Below, in pieces: positions 33,601-43,766 of a stretch of DNA of 64,000 nucleotides. The notes beneath the pieces were generated by a model. The model worked only from the letters and a program-made list of their open reading frames with translations, was not told the DNA's origin and made no database searches. Source of the DNA: Sedimentisphaerales bacterium (GTDB lineage Bacteria > Planctomycetota > Phycisphaerae > Sedimentisphaerales > SM23-30); assembly GCA_963666285.1 (NCBI GenBank), contig OY762711.1; one strand, written 5' to 3'. How positions within the stretch are numbered: position 1 is the first letter of the stretch; every line of letters starts with the position of its first letter. A program made the translations under genes and the position numbers.

Positions 33601-36600
33601 ACAGTGTTGCTGATGATGTTATCCTCCATTGTGTCAACAAACTGTATACCAGCCCAGGTTCCAGAGTTGGAATAATATTTAGTAAAGAATATTTCTTCCT
33701 GTTCTGTACCTTGAGCTAGCATTTTTCCGTTGATAATCAATTGAGTTCCATCTTCAAATAAAACCGAGACGCCAGGTTCGATTACTAAAGTGAGGCCAAC
33801 CGGTACGGTAATATCATCTGTTACAAGGTAAGGTGAATTTAATGCGGTCCATGTAAGGCTGTCTTTGCGATTATCAGATATTTCCTGATAGGGGAAATAT
33901 CCCATATCCAACCTGGAACCATCCGTGTCAAATAATAATGGATCGCCAGAATCAATGCATTGTGAGGTAACCTGAAGGTTGTAAATATTGTTGTCCGGGT
34001 TGACAAAAAGCGGATCGATGTTTATATTGCCAGTACCAGACCAGTCTTCACCAAACAGACATGAATAGTTAACAGTAACATCAGATTCCAAATATGGAGC
34101 CTGAACGTCAATTGGATCGGTAGCATCTATGATAGAGTTGGTAATATTCCAAATAATAGCTCCTTCGGTTTCGCCCTGTTTATTATGAGATTGGATACCG
34201 TAATCGACAACGCCGTCTGTCTTTGTAGATACCACAGTAGTGCGGTCAACGTCAACTATTGTAGTACTGCCGCTTGTGGCTTTTGCGGCAATACTGGCTA
34301 CTGTCGGGTCTTCCGGCAAGCTGTTGTTGTTGACAACAAGGCATTGTATTATCTGGCTGTGTCCATCATAGACACTAATTCCTTTGTCTTTACAGTCTCT
34401 GACAATGAAATCCTGAATTGTTACATCAGAGCCAAGAGTATCGATTCCATCGTCGTCTATTACGGCAGCGACACCTCCAGCGAGAATGCATTGCTGACCG
34501 GTTTCCTGGGAGTGGATGTAAATGCCGTCAGCGTCATCATTGCCATGCATGTCAATAATCCATGTCCTGGCAAGGTCCAATGAAGTATCGGAAATTTCAC
34601 ACCCCATCCATGATCTTGCCCACAGGCAATCATGGAAAAGCAATTCTGATCCATCGGTGACATTACCGATTTTACCGACGTTGTCGGTGATGTTTGTATA
34701 ATCAAAAGCAACAGTTGACCCAGAGCATCTGAAAGCAGGACCAGTTCCTGAATGACCGACTCCCGGACTATTGCCGGCCTGGGTAATATTCGTGTAGAGG
34801 AATGCAGAAGGTTCAGCATTTTGGAAGTCGAATTCGCCCCAGTTGCTACCGCCGGCATAAGCAGTAAATGTAACAGGTGAGCTTTCGGAACCAAGTGACG
34901 TAATAGAGCCATATACGTCGATATCAAGCCCGCCGGTGCCTGAAGACACACCGTCAATCAGGATGAGCGAACCAGGTTCAATTGTCAAATTAAGTCCGTC
35001 AGGTACATAGAAATCGCTGCCGGAAATGTGGTATATACCATTCCAGGTTTCATCTGCTGTTATAGGTGAAGTTACCATATTAACAGGTTCGTTCTGGAGG
35101 TCAGTAAGAGTTTTGGTGATCTGGTTGCCAATGACATCAACTGTCAGGTTAAAATCACCGGAACCGTTAAATGTTACCAGGGCAGAACCCATTCCGTTAT
35201 ATAATTTGATATTATTGACATCAAGAGATACGTCAGGGTTGTCAACAGAAAGAGTTGCCTGCATGTCCCATATATCCCTTTTAATATTATCGTTCTGATC
35301 TCTCAATTCAACACGAACCAATACCGGAACAGAAGGCAGATAGCTGTCCCTGACGATAGCGTGGACTGTTCCAATATCATCGAGGTCACCAATTAGAGAA
35401 CCAGAAACATTAGTTGTATTTCCAGTATCATTGAAAATATCAATGTGTTTACTGTCGATTTCATTTCCAGTTCCGTTAGGCCCGTCAAAAGCCTTAACAT
35501 CAATACGATTCATGCCGGGTTTCAGGTCAGATGTATTGTCTGAAACAGCGACATAACCTACCAGTTCGAGGTCAAAACCGATATCAGAACTTGTCAGGCT
35601 GACCTGATGGACCTCTGCAGCAATTACATTGGTACCGGATAAAAGTAAGGATGGATCAACATCTTCTTCGAAGAAGGTTGTTTCATCGTCACCGCCAACA
35701 GCGGGACTTTGAGCGAATGTGGAATAAGTAAATCCTTCCGGGAGTTTGTGTAATAGAATACGAGTTCCATTGAGGAATACGGCCGCACCATCGTCACGAT
35801 TGAGCAAAACTTTAAGTTGAGCGTATTTTGAAGCATCATCAACTTCGAAAGTCTTTCGGAAATAAGTAGTAGTATATTTATTAGATGAACTTGGACCATA
35901 ACTAACAGTTGTTGTTTCGTTATTGTCGCCATAACCAAACTTTGCCTGCGATTCCGGTTTGAAGCCGGAGTCGTCAAAGTCTGGATGGCCGTACCAGTTA
36001 ATGCCATCAGAAATAGTTTTCTGGTCAGAGCCATCATCAAGATATTTCCAGTAAGAATGGCGAGGAATGATCAATTCAGTATAAGTTGCACCGCTTACGT
36101 GCGACCATGTACCGTTCACCTGGTCCCAGTTTGCGTTGAGTACAGGAGTGCCGTTAACAGTTATTGAGCGAGTGGTTGCGCAGTCAAAACCACCGGATAG
36201 GCTATATGAGCTTGTTGTGCTGTAATTATTGCCGGAAACTGTAAATGAGGTGGCTGGGACCTGCGGGTCGGTACCGTACAGCACATTATCAGCCCTGTCG
36301 TTTAGAAATGCCTTTATGCCGGAACTGCCATTTATTAGACTATCAGGTGCCCAGTCAGTTAAGATTTCGTCAATAACAGGATAGATGTTTTCAGGTGCCA
36401 ATACTGTTGTAGACAGCTCATTCAGCTGCTGATAATATAAAAACATGAAGTCCGGATGGTAGAAGAGGCGTTGCAGACCTGAGACGCCGCCAAAGCCGAA
36501 TATTGAACTGCCGACACTGGAAGAATAAGAGCTGCTTCCCTGGCCGAACAGTGTGTCAAGGTCGTGAGAGACCAGGATGAAACGAGGGTCGTTAACGCCA

Positions 36601-39086
36601 CGGTATAAGGCGTAATCATCACCAGTTCCAGAATATAGCCCGCCTTCCCGGTTGCCAATTAATGTATCAGTAGCCAAATACCTGGCCCATTGCTCAATAT
36701 TGACGACTTTAGCGACTTCCGAAATGAAATCATCGTCTGATAATTCCTGGTTATTCAAGGTATAAGTAAGAGCAAACAGGTCGGTCCAGTCGTCCTCTTC
36801 TTCGTTTGTTTTTTTAATGTAGTTGTCGCTGTAAGCAGCCGGGTCTTCACCATGATAGGATAAATCAGCATAAGTGCGAGGGCTGACCAGGTCATAATAA
36901 GAACAACGGTAGAAGTTTCCATCGCTATCGTCAGGAATATGTTTTTTGAGATAATCACTATTATATGATTCCAGAGCAGCATAAGAACCATATGTTCTGG
37001 CAGTGTCTGTTGCGGCCAGATTTTCTCCGTTAACTCTCAATTGAACAGCTTTGGCCTCAGATGAAGGAACACCAGCCAGTCTGAATACTGCAGAGCCAAG
37101 AACCTGGAGATGGGTATATTTGCTATTCAGATTTAATGCGACCATGTCTTTCCATGGTTTGTCATGAACGAAATTTACATGGAAATTCATAGGTGGGTTA
37201 TATCGGCTGCCGTTACCCCTGTTTCTGACACCAACATTGTATCTGAGGTTCATACCAGTGCCGTCGACAGAGATAAAGGTAGCGTTCATTTCGGCATCAG
37301 ACCTGAACTCATCATCAGTATATACATCACTACCTATATCAGTAAGATGCTCTTTTTCGCCATTTGTCATAATAATACGATAAATTGGCTGGTCGCCAGG
37401 AGTCCATATGCTTGACGAATCGAAAGTATCGTCAACCTGGTAGAGTAGATCGGCTACCTGTTGTTTTACCCCATCTACATCACAAGCGGCAGGGTAAGTG
37501 CAGCTGCCGTTAGTATTTGATGCAATAATGAAGAACTCGACAATTGTATTATTGGCTTGTGGAGGAATAGAAGCTGTGAAAATACCGTTACCGCTATCAG
37601 TCATTTGAACAAATGTGTAGCTTGATTCATTGTAAGCAGGGTAGGTATCGTCTACATAGACAGACTGGTCGATACGCCATGCCAGTTGGGCGGCAGCCTG
37701 CGAGGCGTTGTTGTTGTTTATTGTAGCAGTTACTACAACCTGTTGATCGGATTGAGGTATAGCAGGTTCATGTATTACATCAGAAACAACAGGAAGGAAA
37801 GTGCTTGAAAGTGAAGAATTTACTGTTCCCGGGGTACCGTTATTATTTAAGCTAGCAGTCCAGTTCTGACCAAATTCGTTATTTAATTCAGGGTTAGTAA
37901 GTTCGAGAGATTTTCCGTCACCATCGTGTGCCTGGCTCCATTGCCATCCGCGATGAGTATAGTCATAAGGACCGAGAATTCTTTCCGACCAAACGCCCTG
38001 GTCAGAGTATTCGACAGTGTCGCCAAGCAATCCCTGATTGTTAACAAGTGTTATTTTGTCAGATCTGTTGTGCAGTGAACCAGCCCAGCCGCCAATAACC
38101 TGTGAAGTTACAGATGGGTAGGTAATTCTGAATTGAGCCATATCTGCTGCAATAACAACATATCCATTCGCTCCAATAGATATATTTGGGAAGACAAAGT
38201 CTATACCTTTCGAGAAGCTCCAATCCTTAAGATTTACAGTCTGAGATGATTTATTATAAATTTCTATATATTCATCCAGATTGTTTTCAGAAGAAGGGTG
38301 GTACATAATTTCATTGATGACTATAAAATCATCTACAGTAATTCCGCCATTTGGACTGCCAGGTGTGGGCTTGCCATCAGGTTCAGTAGAAACAAGTTGG
38401 AAAGATTGCCAATTGTCAGCCCCGTCCGGCAGTCGACCTATAGACATATCGTTGCCCTGGCTTTCAGTGGGAAGTCCATCAATCATTACGGCAGTGCCGT
38501 CATTGTCCTTGTAATAAATACCTATGAACTCGCCGCCATTATTACTAAGCTTGAAGCTTGAATGCAGCGGACCTTGCGAAAGGTCATCATCGGCCCAGAT
38601 TGTAAGGTGTCCACCAGATGGTATTGTCGTTTCAGCAGGATGGCCAGTCGGCACCATCCATAATAGCGGATCAGCCTGATGGTCAGACATATATAGTCCC
38701 GCGATATCAATCGGGTTAGGACCGTAGTTGTATATTTCTATCCAGTCAGGATAAGAGCCCGGTTCATCAGGATCTTCGATGGTATTTTCATTGTCAGACA
38801 TATATTCATTTATTACCAGCGGATACCCGAATTTTTGCCATTCGTAGGAAAGAACTGCAAAGTCGGCGATGTTAACGATGTCAGTGCCGGTAATGTCGGG
38901 GCATCCTGGGCCAGAACAGTCCGGGGAATTGAGCCATTGGTTTGACAATATAATCATGTCTGCTAAATCGACAATGCAGTCGCCGTTCAGGTCGCTATCC
39001 GGGCAGTTGCCGGCAGAAGCGACAGGAACAAAGATACATAATGCTGTAATGATATGGAATTTGATAATTCGGGCAAAATATGTCAT
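30672..39086 (-). CDS. 2804-aa secreted protein: dockerin-like pair, multiple lamin-tail domains, CotH-family kinase, beta-helix repeats
   Basis: Six xNE(Y/I/W/V)...D(W/F/Y)(I/L)ELYN-type lamin-tail starts; CotH-like VGVRNRGNGSR, NREG, HDLD; beta-helix DDADGIY/DDGID/HNDAIDID. Confidence 0.78.
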   Translation of the reverse strand: MTYFARIIKFHIITALCIFVPVASAGNCPDSDLNGDCIVDLADMIILSNQWLNSPDCSGPGCPDITGTDIVNIADFAVLSYEWQKFGYPLVINEYMSDNENTIEDPDEPGSYPDWIEIYNYGPNPIDIAGLYMSDHQADPLLWMVPTGHPAETTIPSGGHLTIWADDDLSQGPLHSSFKLSNNGGEFIGIYYKDNDGTAVMIDGLPTESQGNDMSIGRLPDGADNWQSFQLVSTEPDGKPTPGSPNGGITVDDFIVINEIMYHPSSENNLDEYIEIYNKSSQTVNLKDWSFSKGIDFVFPNISIGANGYVVIAADMAQFRITYPSVTSQVIGGWAGSLHNRSDKITLVNNQGLLGDTVEYSDQGVWSERILGPYDYTHRGWQWSQAHDGDGKSLELTNPELNNEFGQNWTASLNNNGTPGTVNSSLSSTFLPVVSDVIHEPAIPQSDQQVVVTATINNNNASQAAAQLAWRIDQSVYVDDTYPAYNESSYTFVQMTDSGNGIFTASIPPQANNTIVEFFIIASNTNGSCTYPAACDVDGVKQQVADLLYQVDDTFDSSSIWTPGDQPIYRIIMTNGEKEHLTDIGSDVYTDDEFRSDAEMNATFISVDGTGMNLRYNVGVRNRGNGSRYNPPMNFHVNFVHDKPWKDMVALNLNSKYTHLQVLGSAVFRLAGVPSSEAKAVQLRVNGENLAATDTARTYGSYAALESYNSDYLKKHIPDDSDGNFYRCSYYDLVSPRTYADLSYHGEDPAAYSDNYIKKTNEEEDDWTDLFALTYTLNNQELSDDDFISEVAKVVNIEQWARYLATDTLIGNREGGLYSGTGDDYALYRGVNDPRFILVSHDLDTLFGQGSSSYSSSVGSSIFGFGGVSGLQRLFYHPDFMFLYYQQLNELSTTVLAPENIYPVIDEILTDWAPDSLINGSSGIKAFLNDRADNVLYGTDPQVPATSFTVSGNNYSTTSSYSLSGGFDCATTRSITVNGTPVLNANWDQVNGTWSHVSGATYTELIIPRHSYWKYLDDGSDQKTISDGINWYGHPDFDDSGFKPESQAKFGYGDNNETTTVSYGPSSSNKYTTTYFRKTFEVDDASKYAQLKVLLNRDDGAAVFLNGTRILLHKLPEGFTYSTFAQSPAVGGDDETTFFEEDVDPSLLLSGTNVIAAEVHQVSLTSSDIGFDLELVGYVAVSDNTSDLKPGMNRIDVKAFDGPNGTGNEIDSKHIDIFNDTGNTTNVSGSLIGDLDDIGTVHAIVRDSYLPSVPVLVRVELRDQNDNIKRDIWDMQATLSVDNPDVSLDVNNIKLYNGMGSALVTFNGSGDFNLTVDVIGNQITKTLTDLQNEPVNMVTSPITADETWNGIYHISGSDFYVPDGLNLTIEPGSLILIDGVSSGTGGLDIDVYGSITSLGSESSPVTFTAYAGGSNWGEFDFQNAEPSAFLYTNITQAGNSPGVGHSGTGPAFRCSGSTVAFDYTNITDNVGKIGNVTDGSELLFHDCLWARSWMGCEISDTSLDLARTWIIDMHGNDDADGIYIHSQETGQQCILAGGVAAVIDDDGIDTLGSDVTIQDFIVRDCKDKGISVYDGHSQIIQCLVVNNNSLPEDPTVASIAAKATSGSTTIVDVDRTTVVSTKTDGVVDYGIQSHNKQGETEGAIIWNITNSIIDATDPIDVQAPYLESDVTVNYSCLFGEDWSGTGNINIDPLFVNPDNNIYNLQVTSQCIDSGDPLLFDTDGSRLDMGYFPYQEISDNRKDSLTWTALNSPYLVTDDITVPVGLTLVIEPGVSVLFEDGTQLIINGKMLAQGTEQEEIFFTKYYSNSGTWAGIQFVDTMEDNIISNTVIDESRSDEGMIGLVNSSLILENSWLGYTGTDSQTPLRHVEFLNSSLTIRGCVFDDICRSGETPTDNSSEHIWGQGVPEGGNLIIENNIFGTTPGHNDAIDIDSVLPQTPIPHILNNIFQGGGDDALDLETDAYIEGNLFKNYIKDEFNTDPQESNIVSAGRGQTYTMVRNTFMNCQHAVQVKDDAFLYFINNTVANTSADTIYFGAAPAEPGRGVYIDSCIFYNNYAVLPEVIGPSTAEIHRSIVPTALLVLGNDNIDSTPVFTNPDIADFNLVPGSPGIAAGLQSLDMGAFIPSGIIFTSTPLAQTYLSDAVFTLAAPGMTYYKYRLDGGSWSSEFPLEQDINLTGLSDTNHTLEVIGKTSANLWQTPAQATVWNWTVDSSQVKILINEIYANSFDSDWIELYNAGNIAVNLNGMSITDSADDPEKYVFDSNAAIAPGEYLLLYADNNPVDGEISLGFNLSASGEEVFLYDTVGNLLDSITFGNQISGSSIGRTGPYQSWNLNYPTPGTDNIIRLTGNIYNLSINEWLADAVQSGDDFIELYNADSHPVNVSGIFITDNPLNQQTKYEFADLNFIDGYGLMLLTADNSDAPGHLNFRLDADEEFIALYDSDLNIIDSILYLPQTTGVSQGANPENSGEYAFFNIPTPGSLNTETIVFNEVLAHSHADAADWIELFNSSEHAIDISGWYISDDQADLKKFEIPENTILQSGDYVVFYEDIHFGKLVIPTGFGLSEGGETLYLYSAAAGEFTGYRTKEDFDASQTDVSFGRYQNSTGEYNFVAMSSKTDGDVNSDPLVGPVVISEIMYHPTDNALEYLELVNITASDVDLFSTVGTQFGPDPSQITNDSIPWSVTNGIEYTFPANTTLSAGERILLVKDAAAFNAYYSTVPSGTRIFQWTSGSLSNDGETIQLSMPGDQEWDSDRFWICVDKVKYDDYLPWPTAPDSDGTSLNRIYEDSYGNDPANWSALQPNPGQ

Positions 39087-39654
39087 AAGATTCTCCAGTG
39101 ATATACGATATAAGTTGTTGTGGTAAATGAGTTTAGTGACTAAAGGGTTATTCCTTACGGATTATGTCCTTTGCGTTCTAAAAAAATCGAAAAAAAGAAA
39201 TTAAATGTGATAAATCATTTAATGACAGAAACTTATTTTCTCAAACTCTTTCCAAGATAAAATACAAAAATAATAGTTACCTACTTTTCATTATATATTA
39301 TGCCAAAATCGGAGATCAAAACAAAGCGAAATGTTTTTTTTTGACCGGCGCAGGTGTGGCGTGTAACTCATTTGTATACAGGGCTTTATGTATGAGAGCT
39401 TTTTGCGGCTTATGTGGTTAACAGAAAATATTAGATATATATTAATTCTGTATTATAAGCGGGTTAGATTTTGGCGACTAGAGTGAAAAAAATGGCACAT
39501 CGGTTTTTTTGCGACAGTTGGCAATGTACTGTGTAATTTTTGATGATAGAAAAATTAAACACAAAATTAATAATGTGTAAATAATTATTGTCCTAATTAT
39601 CTAATGAGTGCAGATATATATGATAGAAAAATAAATCTTAAAACTTAACAACTT

Positions 39655-40176
39655 ATGAATAATGCTCCAACAAATGAATTTTTGAACCTGTTTTTGACTA
39701 ACCAGTCCCGGATCTATACATTTATCCTGGGGCAGCTGGGAAATTATCATGATGCAGATGATGTCATGCAGGAGACGACCAGTCTGTTGTGGCAGAAATT
39801 CGATGAATTTGAGCCGGGCACAGATTTTCTAGCATGGAGTCTTAAAGTTGCTAAATATAAAGTCCTCAATTTCCTTCAGAAAAAGCGGAGGTTAAATGCC
39901 AGAGTTATTTTTGATGATGATGTTCTGGAATTACTAACCCCGCGAATAGATAAGATTAATGACAATTTAGAAAAAAATATCGATATTGTCAGGGAATGTA
40001 TGGGAAAGTTAACCGATCGCGACCTTAAGTTTGCCAAGTTAAGATATTACAGTAATATAAAACCAAAAGATTTATCTCAGCGTTTTGGCATCAATATTCA
40101 GAATACCTATAAGAGATTGGCACGCATTCATGCCAGATTGCTAAAATGTGTGAGACATAATATTCAAATAAGTTAA
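39655..40176 (+). CDS. ECF sigma-70 factor, paralog of 21822
   Basis: DADDVMQET..LWQKFDEFEPGTDFLAWS..VAKY; C-terminal HTH. Confidence 0.9.
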   Translation: MNNAPTNEFLNLFLTNQSRIYTFILGQLGNYHDADDVMQETTSLLWQKFDEFEPGTDFLAWSLKVAKYKVLNFLQKKRRLNARVIFDDDVLELLTPRIDKINDNLEKNIDIVRECMGKLTDRDLKFAKLRYYSNIKPKDLSQRFGINIQNTYKRLARIHARLLKCVRHNIQIS

Positions 40177-40179
40177 TTT

Positions 40180-41904
40180 ATGGATAGCAAATTACAACAA
40201 TATATAGACGAGCTTTTAGTGATAGCTTTAGAGGGGCATGCAGATGAACAGCAGCTGGATGAGCTTAATCATTTGATAAGAACAAATCCTGAAGCACAAG
40301 AATATTGCAGTTATTATTTAGCTTTGTCATCCAAGCTACACCTGTCAGATAAGCTGGCATTGCCTTTTGTCAGTCAGGACATAAATGAATATAAAGAATA
40401 TTTACAATCGTTAAAAGAATTGGAGCAATTGGAGAATTCGGCACCTGAAGTAATAATAGAGAATACACTCCAGGCAGAAAGTCAAAAAGAAATAAAGGAG
40501 CCTCGTTTTAATGTATCCAATAGATTCGCCAAGGTATTTAACAGAGTTGTTGCAGCCGCAGCATTGATATTTATCGTATTTATAATATATGCAAACGTAT
40601 TTCCACCGCAATACTCCGTTCAAGTTGCAACTGTATTGGATCAGATAGATGTTAATTGGAGTAAAGGATCAGCCAGATTAGAAAATAATGATACTCTCTT
40701 ATCTAACCAGGCTCCTTATTGTATTGAAAGGGGTACAATTAAGATAGCATATAACCAGGGTGTTGATGTTGTAATAGAAGGTCCGGCAAAGTTCGAGTTT
40801 GAGCGGGCGGGTATTTTTCTGGAGTATGGTCGTTTGTACTCTCTGGTTTCAAAAAGCGGTAGGGGTTTTACTATAAATTCACCTTATGCTCGATATGTAG
40901 ATCTGGGTACTGAATTTGGAGTTGAGGTTGATAGTTCCGGTATATCTGAGCTGCACGTACTAAAAGGAAAAGTACAGTTGTATGCCGGGTTGGATGACGA
41001 AGAAAAGGAAAGCCGAACCGTACCGGAAGGTGCAGCAATCAGATTTGATGCCAATAACGGAAGGTTAGATAATATTGTTATTAATAAAAATGCATTTGCC
41101 AGAGAATTAGATTCAAATTCAGGAGTTATCTGGCGAGGTCAAAATTATATTGATTTAGCAGATATAATTGGGGGAGGAAACGGTTATGGTAATGGTAAAA
41201 TCCAGAATGCGATAGATCCATTGACAGGGAAAATGAGAACATGGGAGCTGACATCTGAAAATACCGGGAATCATAATTACAATCTTGTTAACCAGAGTAA
41301 GTATATAGACGGCGTATTTGTGCCAGATGGAAGCGATGGCCCGGTTAAAGTAACATCTATGGATAATACCTGGGATTGCCCGGCAACATCAAATGCGTTT
41401 AAGTATCCTGTTGTTAATTCACTTCAAATACCAAATGATTTAAGTCAGTTTGAGTTTTATACAGGAGATGCTCCCAAAGAAGATATAATCCTGGAAAAAG
41501 CTTTGAAAACCAGTGCCGTTCGGTCGATGAGTATAAAAAGTCCAGATTACCGGTACAATGTCGATGATAAAAACATATTTATGCATTCAAATCTTGGTAT
41601 AACTTTCAACCTGTGGGAAATTAGAAAAACATTACCCGATGGAAACAGAGTTAAACGATTTAAGAGTGTATTTGGCTTAAGTGAAATTGCGTTAGATACC
41701 AAAAGCCTGGATGTCTGGGTGTTAATTGATGGTAATCCTGTATGTGTAAAAAAAGATCTGGATAGCAGCATGTCAATTGATATAGATATAGAATTAGCCG
41801 ACGATAGTGACTTTTTGACTTTGGCGGTTACTGAGGGCAGTGATCAGTTCAAGCATTATAATGATTGGGGAGTATTTATAAATCCAAGGCTAATTATTGA
41901 GTAG
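40180..41904 (+). CDS. FecR-domain anti-sigma factor with C-terminal NPCBM-like domain, paralog of 22377
   Basis: TM segment, FPPQYSVQVATV, GFTINSP...DLGTEFGV...LHVLKGKV, MHSNLGITFNL...FLTLAVTEG. Confidence 0.82.
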   Translation: MDSKLQQYIDELLVIALEGHADEQQLDELNHLIRTNPEAQEYCSYYLALSSKLHLSDKLALPFVSQDINEYKEYLQSLKELEQLENSAPEVIIENTLQAESQKEIKEPRFNVSNRFAKVFNRVVAAAALIFIVFIIYANVFPPQYSVQVATVLDQIDVNWSKGSARLENNDTLLSNQAPYCIERGTIKIAYNQGVDVVIEGPAKFEFERAGIFLEYGRLYSLVSKSGRGFTINSPYARYVDLGTEFGVEVDSSGISELHVLKGKVQLYAGLDDEEKESRTVPEGAAIRFDANNGRLDNIVINKNAFARELDSNSGVIWRGQNYIDLADIIGGGNGYGNGKIQNAIDPLTGKMRTWELTSENTGNHNYNLVNQSKYIDGVFVPDGSDGPVKVTSMDNTWDCPATSNAFKYPVVNSLQIPNDLSQFEFYTGDAPKEDIILEKALKTSAVRSMSIKSPDYRYNVDDKNIFMHSNLGITFNLWEIRKTLPDGNRVKRFKSVFGLSEIALDTKSLDVWVLIDGNPVCVKKDLDSSMSIDIDIELADDSDFLTLAVTEGSDQFKHYNDWGVFINPRLIIE

Positions 41905-42184
41905 CAAAATAGCAAGAAGTGATAAGAGAATCAATTCTTCTTTTTAATTGTTTTGATAGTGGATATCTTTTCATATAAATGATCATTCATGTTTATGAGT
42001 ATCCTGTTTAGTTGTATTTAATGCTTTCCTACTTTCATAAATGAAAAGTAAGGCTGAAATGTCAGCTTTAATGTTCTATTGCTGGCATGCCAAGGATATT
42101 TTACCGAGTAAGTGTATAATTCTTATTTCTATTTTTGAAATAGGCTGTAATCTTTATAATATTTTTTTGGGAGGTAATGAAACT

Positions 42185-43564
42185 ATGAAAAAGAAATTAG
42201 TTGTATTTATGATGGCACTTGCAGTTGTGGCAGCACAAGGTATAGGGTCTACTGTTAATAACGGAACATTTGAGGACGGTTCCTATGATTATGGCGATGG
42301 AACTTTAATGGGTGTAAACTGGGAGAAAACCGGTGGGGGGAGTGATGCCTGGAAAGTGTATTGGGAAAACGATGGTACAGACAGCTATAGCGTGGTATCA
42401 GTTGCAGGATCAAGCGGAGGTGGAGGTGGATATTCTATGCTATTTCAGGATGATCCTGAGAGTCTGATATCTTTTGAAGGTTTATCAGATGGTGCTACAG
42501 TTGTTTATCTTGCTGACGTTAAGTCAATTGATGGTGCCAATGGCCCCGGTAATTTGCTAAGAGTTGACTGGTTTGATGCGAATAATAACTGGCAGGCTAA
42601 TAGCGATCTTTATTGGTTTGAATCGATAAGCGATACATGGACAACATATTCAACGGAGTTTACAGTATCATCACCTAAAGTCAGGCTTATGTTTGCTGTA
42701 AGTACAGGCTGGGGCGGAGCAAATGATACAGATACAATAACTGCCGTTGATAACATAAGGATAGCAATGCCGGCAGGCAGTAAACCTGACAATCCCAGCC
42801 CAGTAAGTGGAACAGTCAATCTTACCGCCATTACAGATGAGCTGAAATGGATAAATCCTCTACCTGTAAATATGGATGATACTATTACATGCAATGTATA
42901 TCTTGAAGCAGATGATGGAGATGAAGCATTTATTTCTGAACCTATTGCAACAGGTTTAGCTGATGACACAATCAGTTTGAGTGAATACGGTATTTCACTA
43001 CTTCCAGGGACTAAATACTACTGGAAGGTTGATTGTGTTGATCCTAATTCAGGCAGCCCGGCTACAACTGAAGGTTTGACCTGGGATTTTACGACAGCAT
43101 CAGATGTAGCACCTGTTGTAGATGCAGGTGCCGACTTGTGGCGTTGGCTTGACCCTGAAGATACAAGTCATGCTACTATCGATCTGGATGGAACAGTTGA
43201 AGATGACGGCAAGTCAGAACTAACTACAAAATGGACATTATTGTCAAAAGATCCGTCAGATGCTGTAGTTATTATTGATGATCCAAATGCTGTAGATACA
43301 TTTGTTACAGTTGACAGTACTGGGTATTACACATTTCAGTTAGAGGCAAAAGACGAAATATGGACAGTTAGTGATTCTTTGGCTGTAATAGTGCACGAAA
43401 CTGCTTGCGAAGCTGCTTATAGTGACCCTGACGATATACCTGCTACATATTCCGGTCTGCATGGTGATATAGATGGAGACTGTGATATAGATTTGGTTGA
43501 TTTTGCTTATATGGCTAGTCATTGGTTAGACTGTATGAGCGTAAAGCTTGGATGTGTTCAGTAA
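42185..43564 (+). CDS. Secreted non-catalytic protein: CBM-like N-domain, FN3-like, PKD-like, single dockerin-like tag
   Basis: Signal peptide from ATG 42185 (RBS GGAGG); NGTFE...VDNIRI; YYWKVD; PVVDAGAD; GDIDGDCDIDLVDFAYMASHWLDC. Confidence 0.75.
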   Translation: MKKKLVVFMMALAVVAAQGIGSTVNNGTFEDGSYDYGDGTLMGVNWEKTGGGSDAWKVYWENDGTDSYSVVSVAGSSGGGGGYSMLFQDDPESLISFEGLSDGATVVYLADVKSIDGANGPGNLLRVDWFDANNNWQANSDLYWFESISDTWTTYSTEFTVSSPKVRLMFAVSTGWGGANDTDTITAVDNIRIAMPAGSKPDNPSPVSGTVNLTAITDELKWINPLPVNMDDTITCNVYLEADDGDEAFISEPIATGLADDTISLSEYGISLLPGTKYYWKVDCVDPNSGSPATTEGLTWDFTTASDVAPVVDAGADLWRWLDPEDTSHATIDLDGTVEDDGKSELTTKWTLLSKDPSDAVVIIDDPNAVDTFVTVDSTGYYTFQLEAKDEIWTVSDSLAVIVHETACEAAYSDPDDIPATYSGLHGDIDGDCDIDLVDFAYMASHWLDCMSVKLGCVQ

Positions 43565-43605
43565 TTATTAGTTTTTGGATATTTTAAGTAAGAAGTATAA
43601 TTTAT

Positions 43606-43637
43606 AGGCGGGAGTTGTATATACGCTTCCGCCTTTT
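43606..43637 (+). terminator. Rho-independent terminator
   Basis: AGGCGGGAG...CTTCCGCCTTTT. Confidence 0.7.
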
Positions 43638-43652
43638 ATTAAACTTTCTAAT

Positions 43653-43682
43653 AGTGCTGTTTATGCTACGCATGCATATGCA
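43653..43682 (+). repeat. Repeat family B copy (AGTGCGGTTTATGCTWCGCATCAWATG consensus)
   Basis: AGTGCTGTTTATGCTACGCATGCATATGCA; related copies at 48621, 63658 and a degenerate one near 24103. Confidence 0.6.
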
Positions 43683-43766
43683 TGGCACACTTTTGGCAGC
43701 CAATTGTTAAGTGTTTAGTATTGAAGTGTAAAGCATAGAGAGTCGATATACATAATATTAATTTAA

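Noticed and set aside
39290..39525. Sigma-54 promoters in the divergent CotH/sigma intergenic region (TGGCAT on minus, TGGCAC on plus)
   Set aside because: No GC at the required -12 spacing in either case
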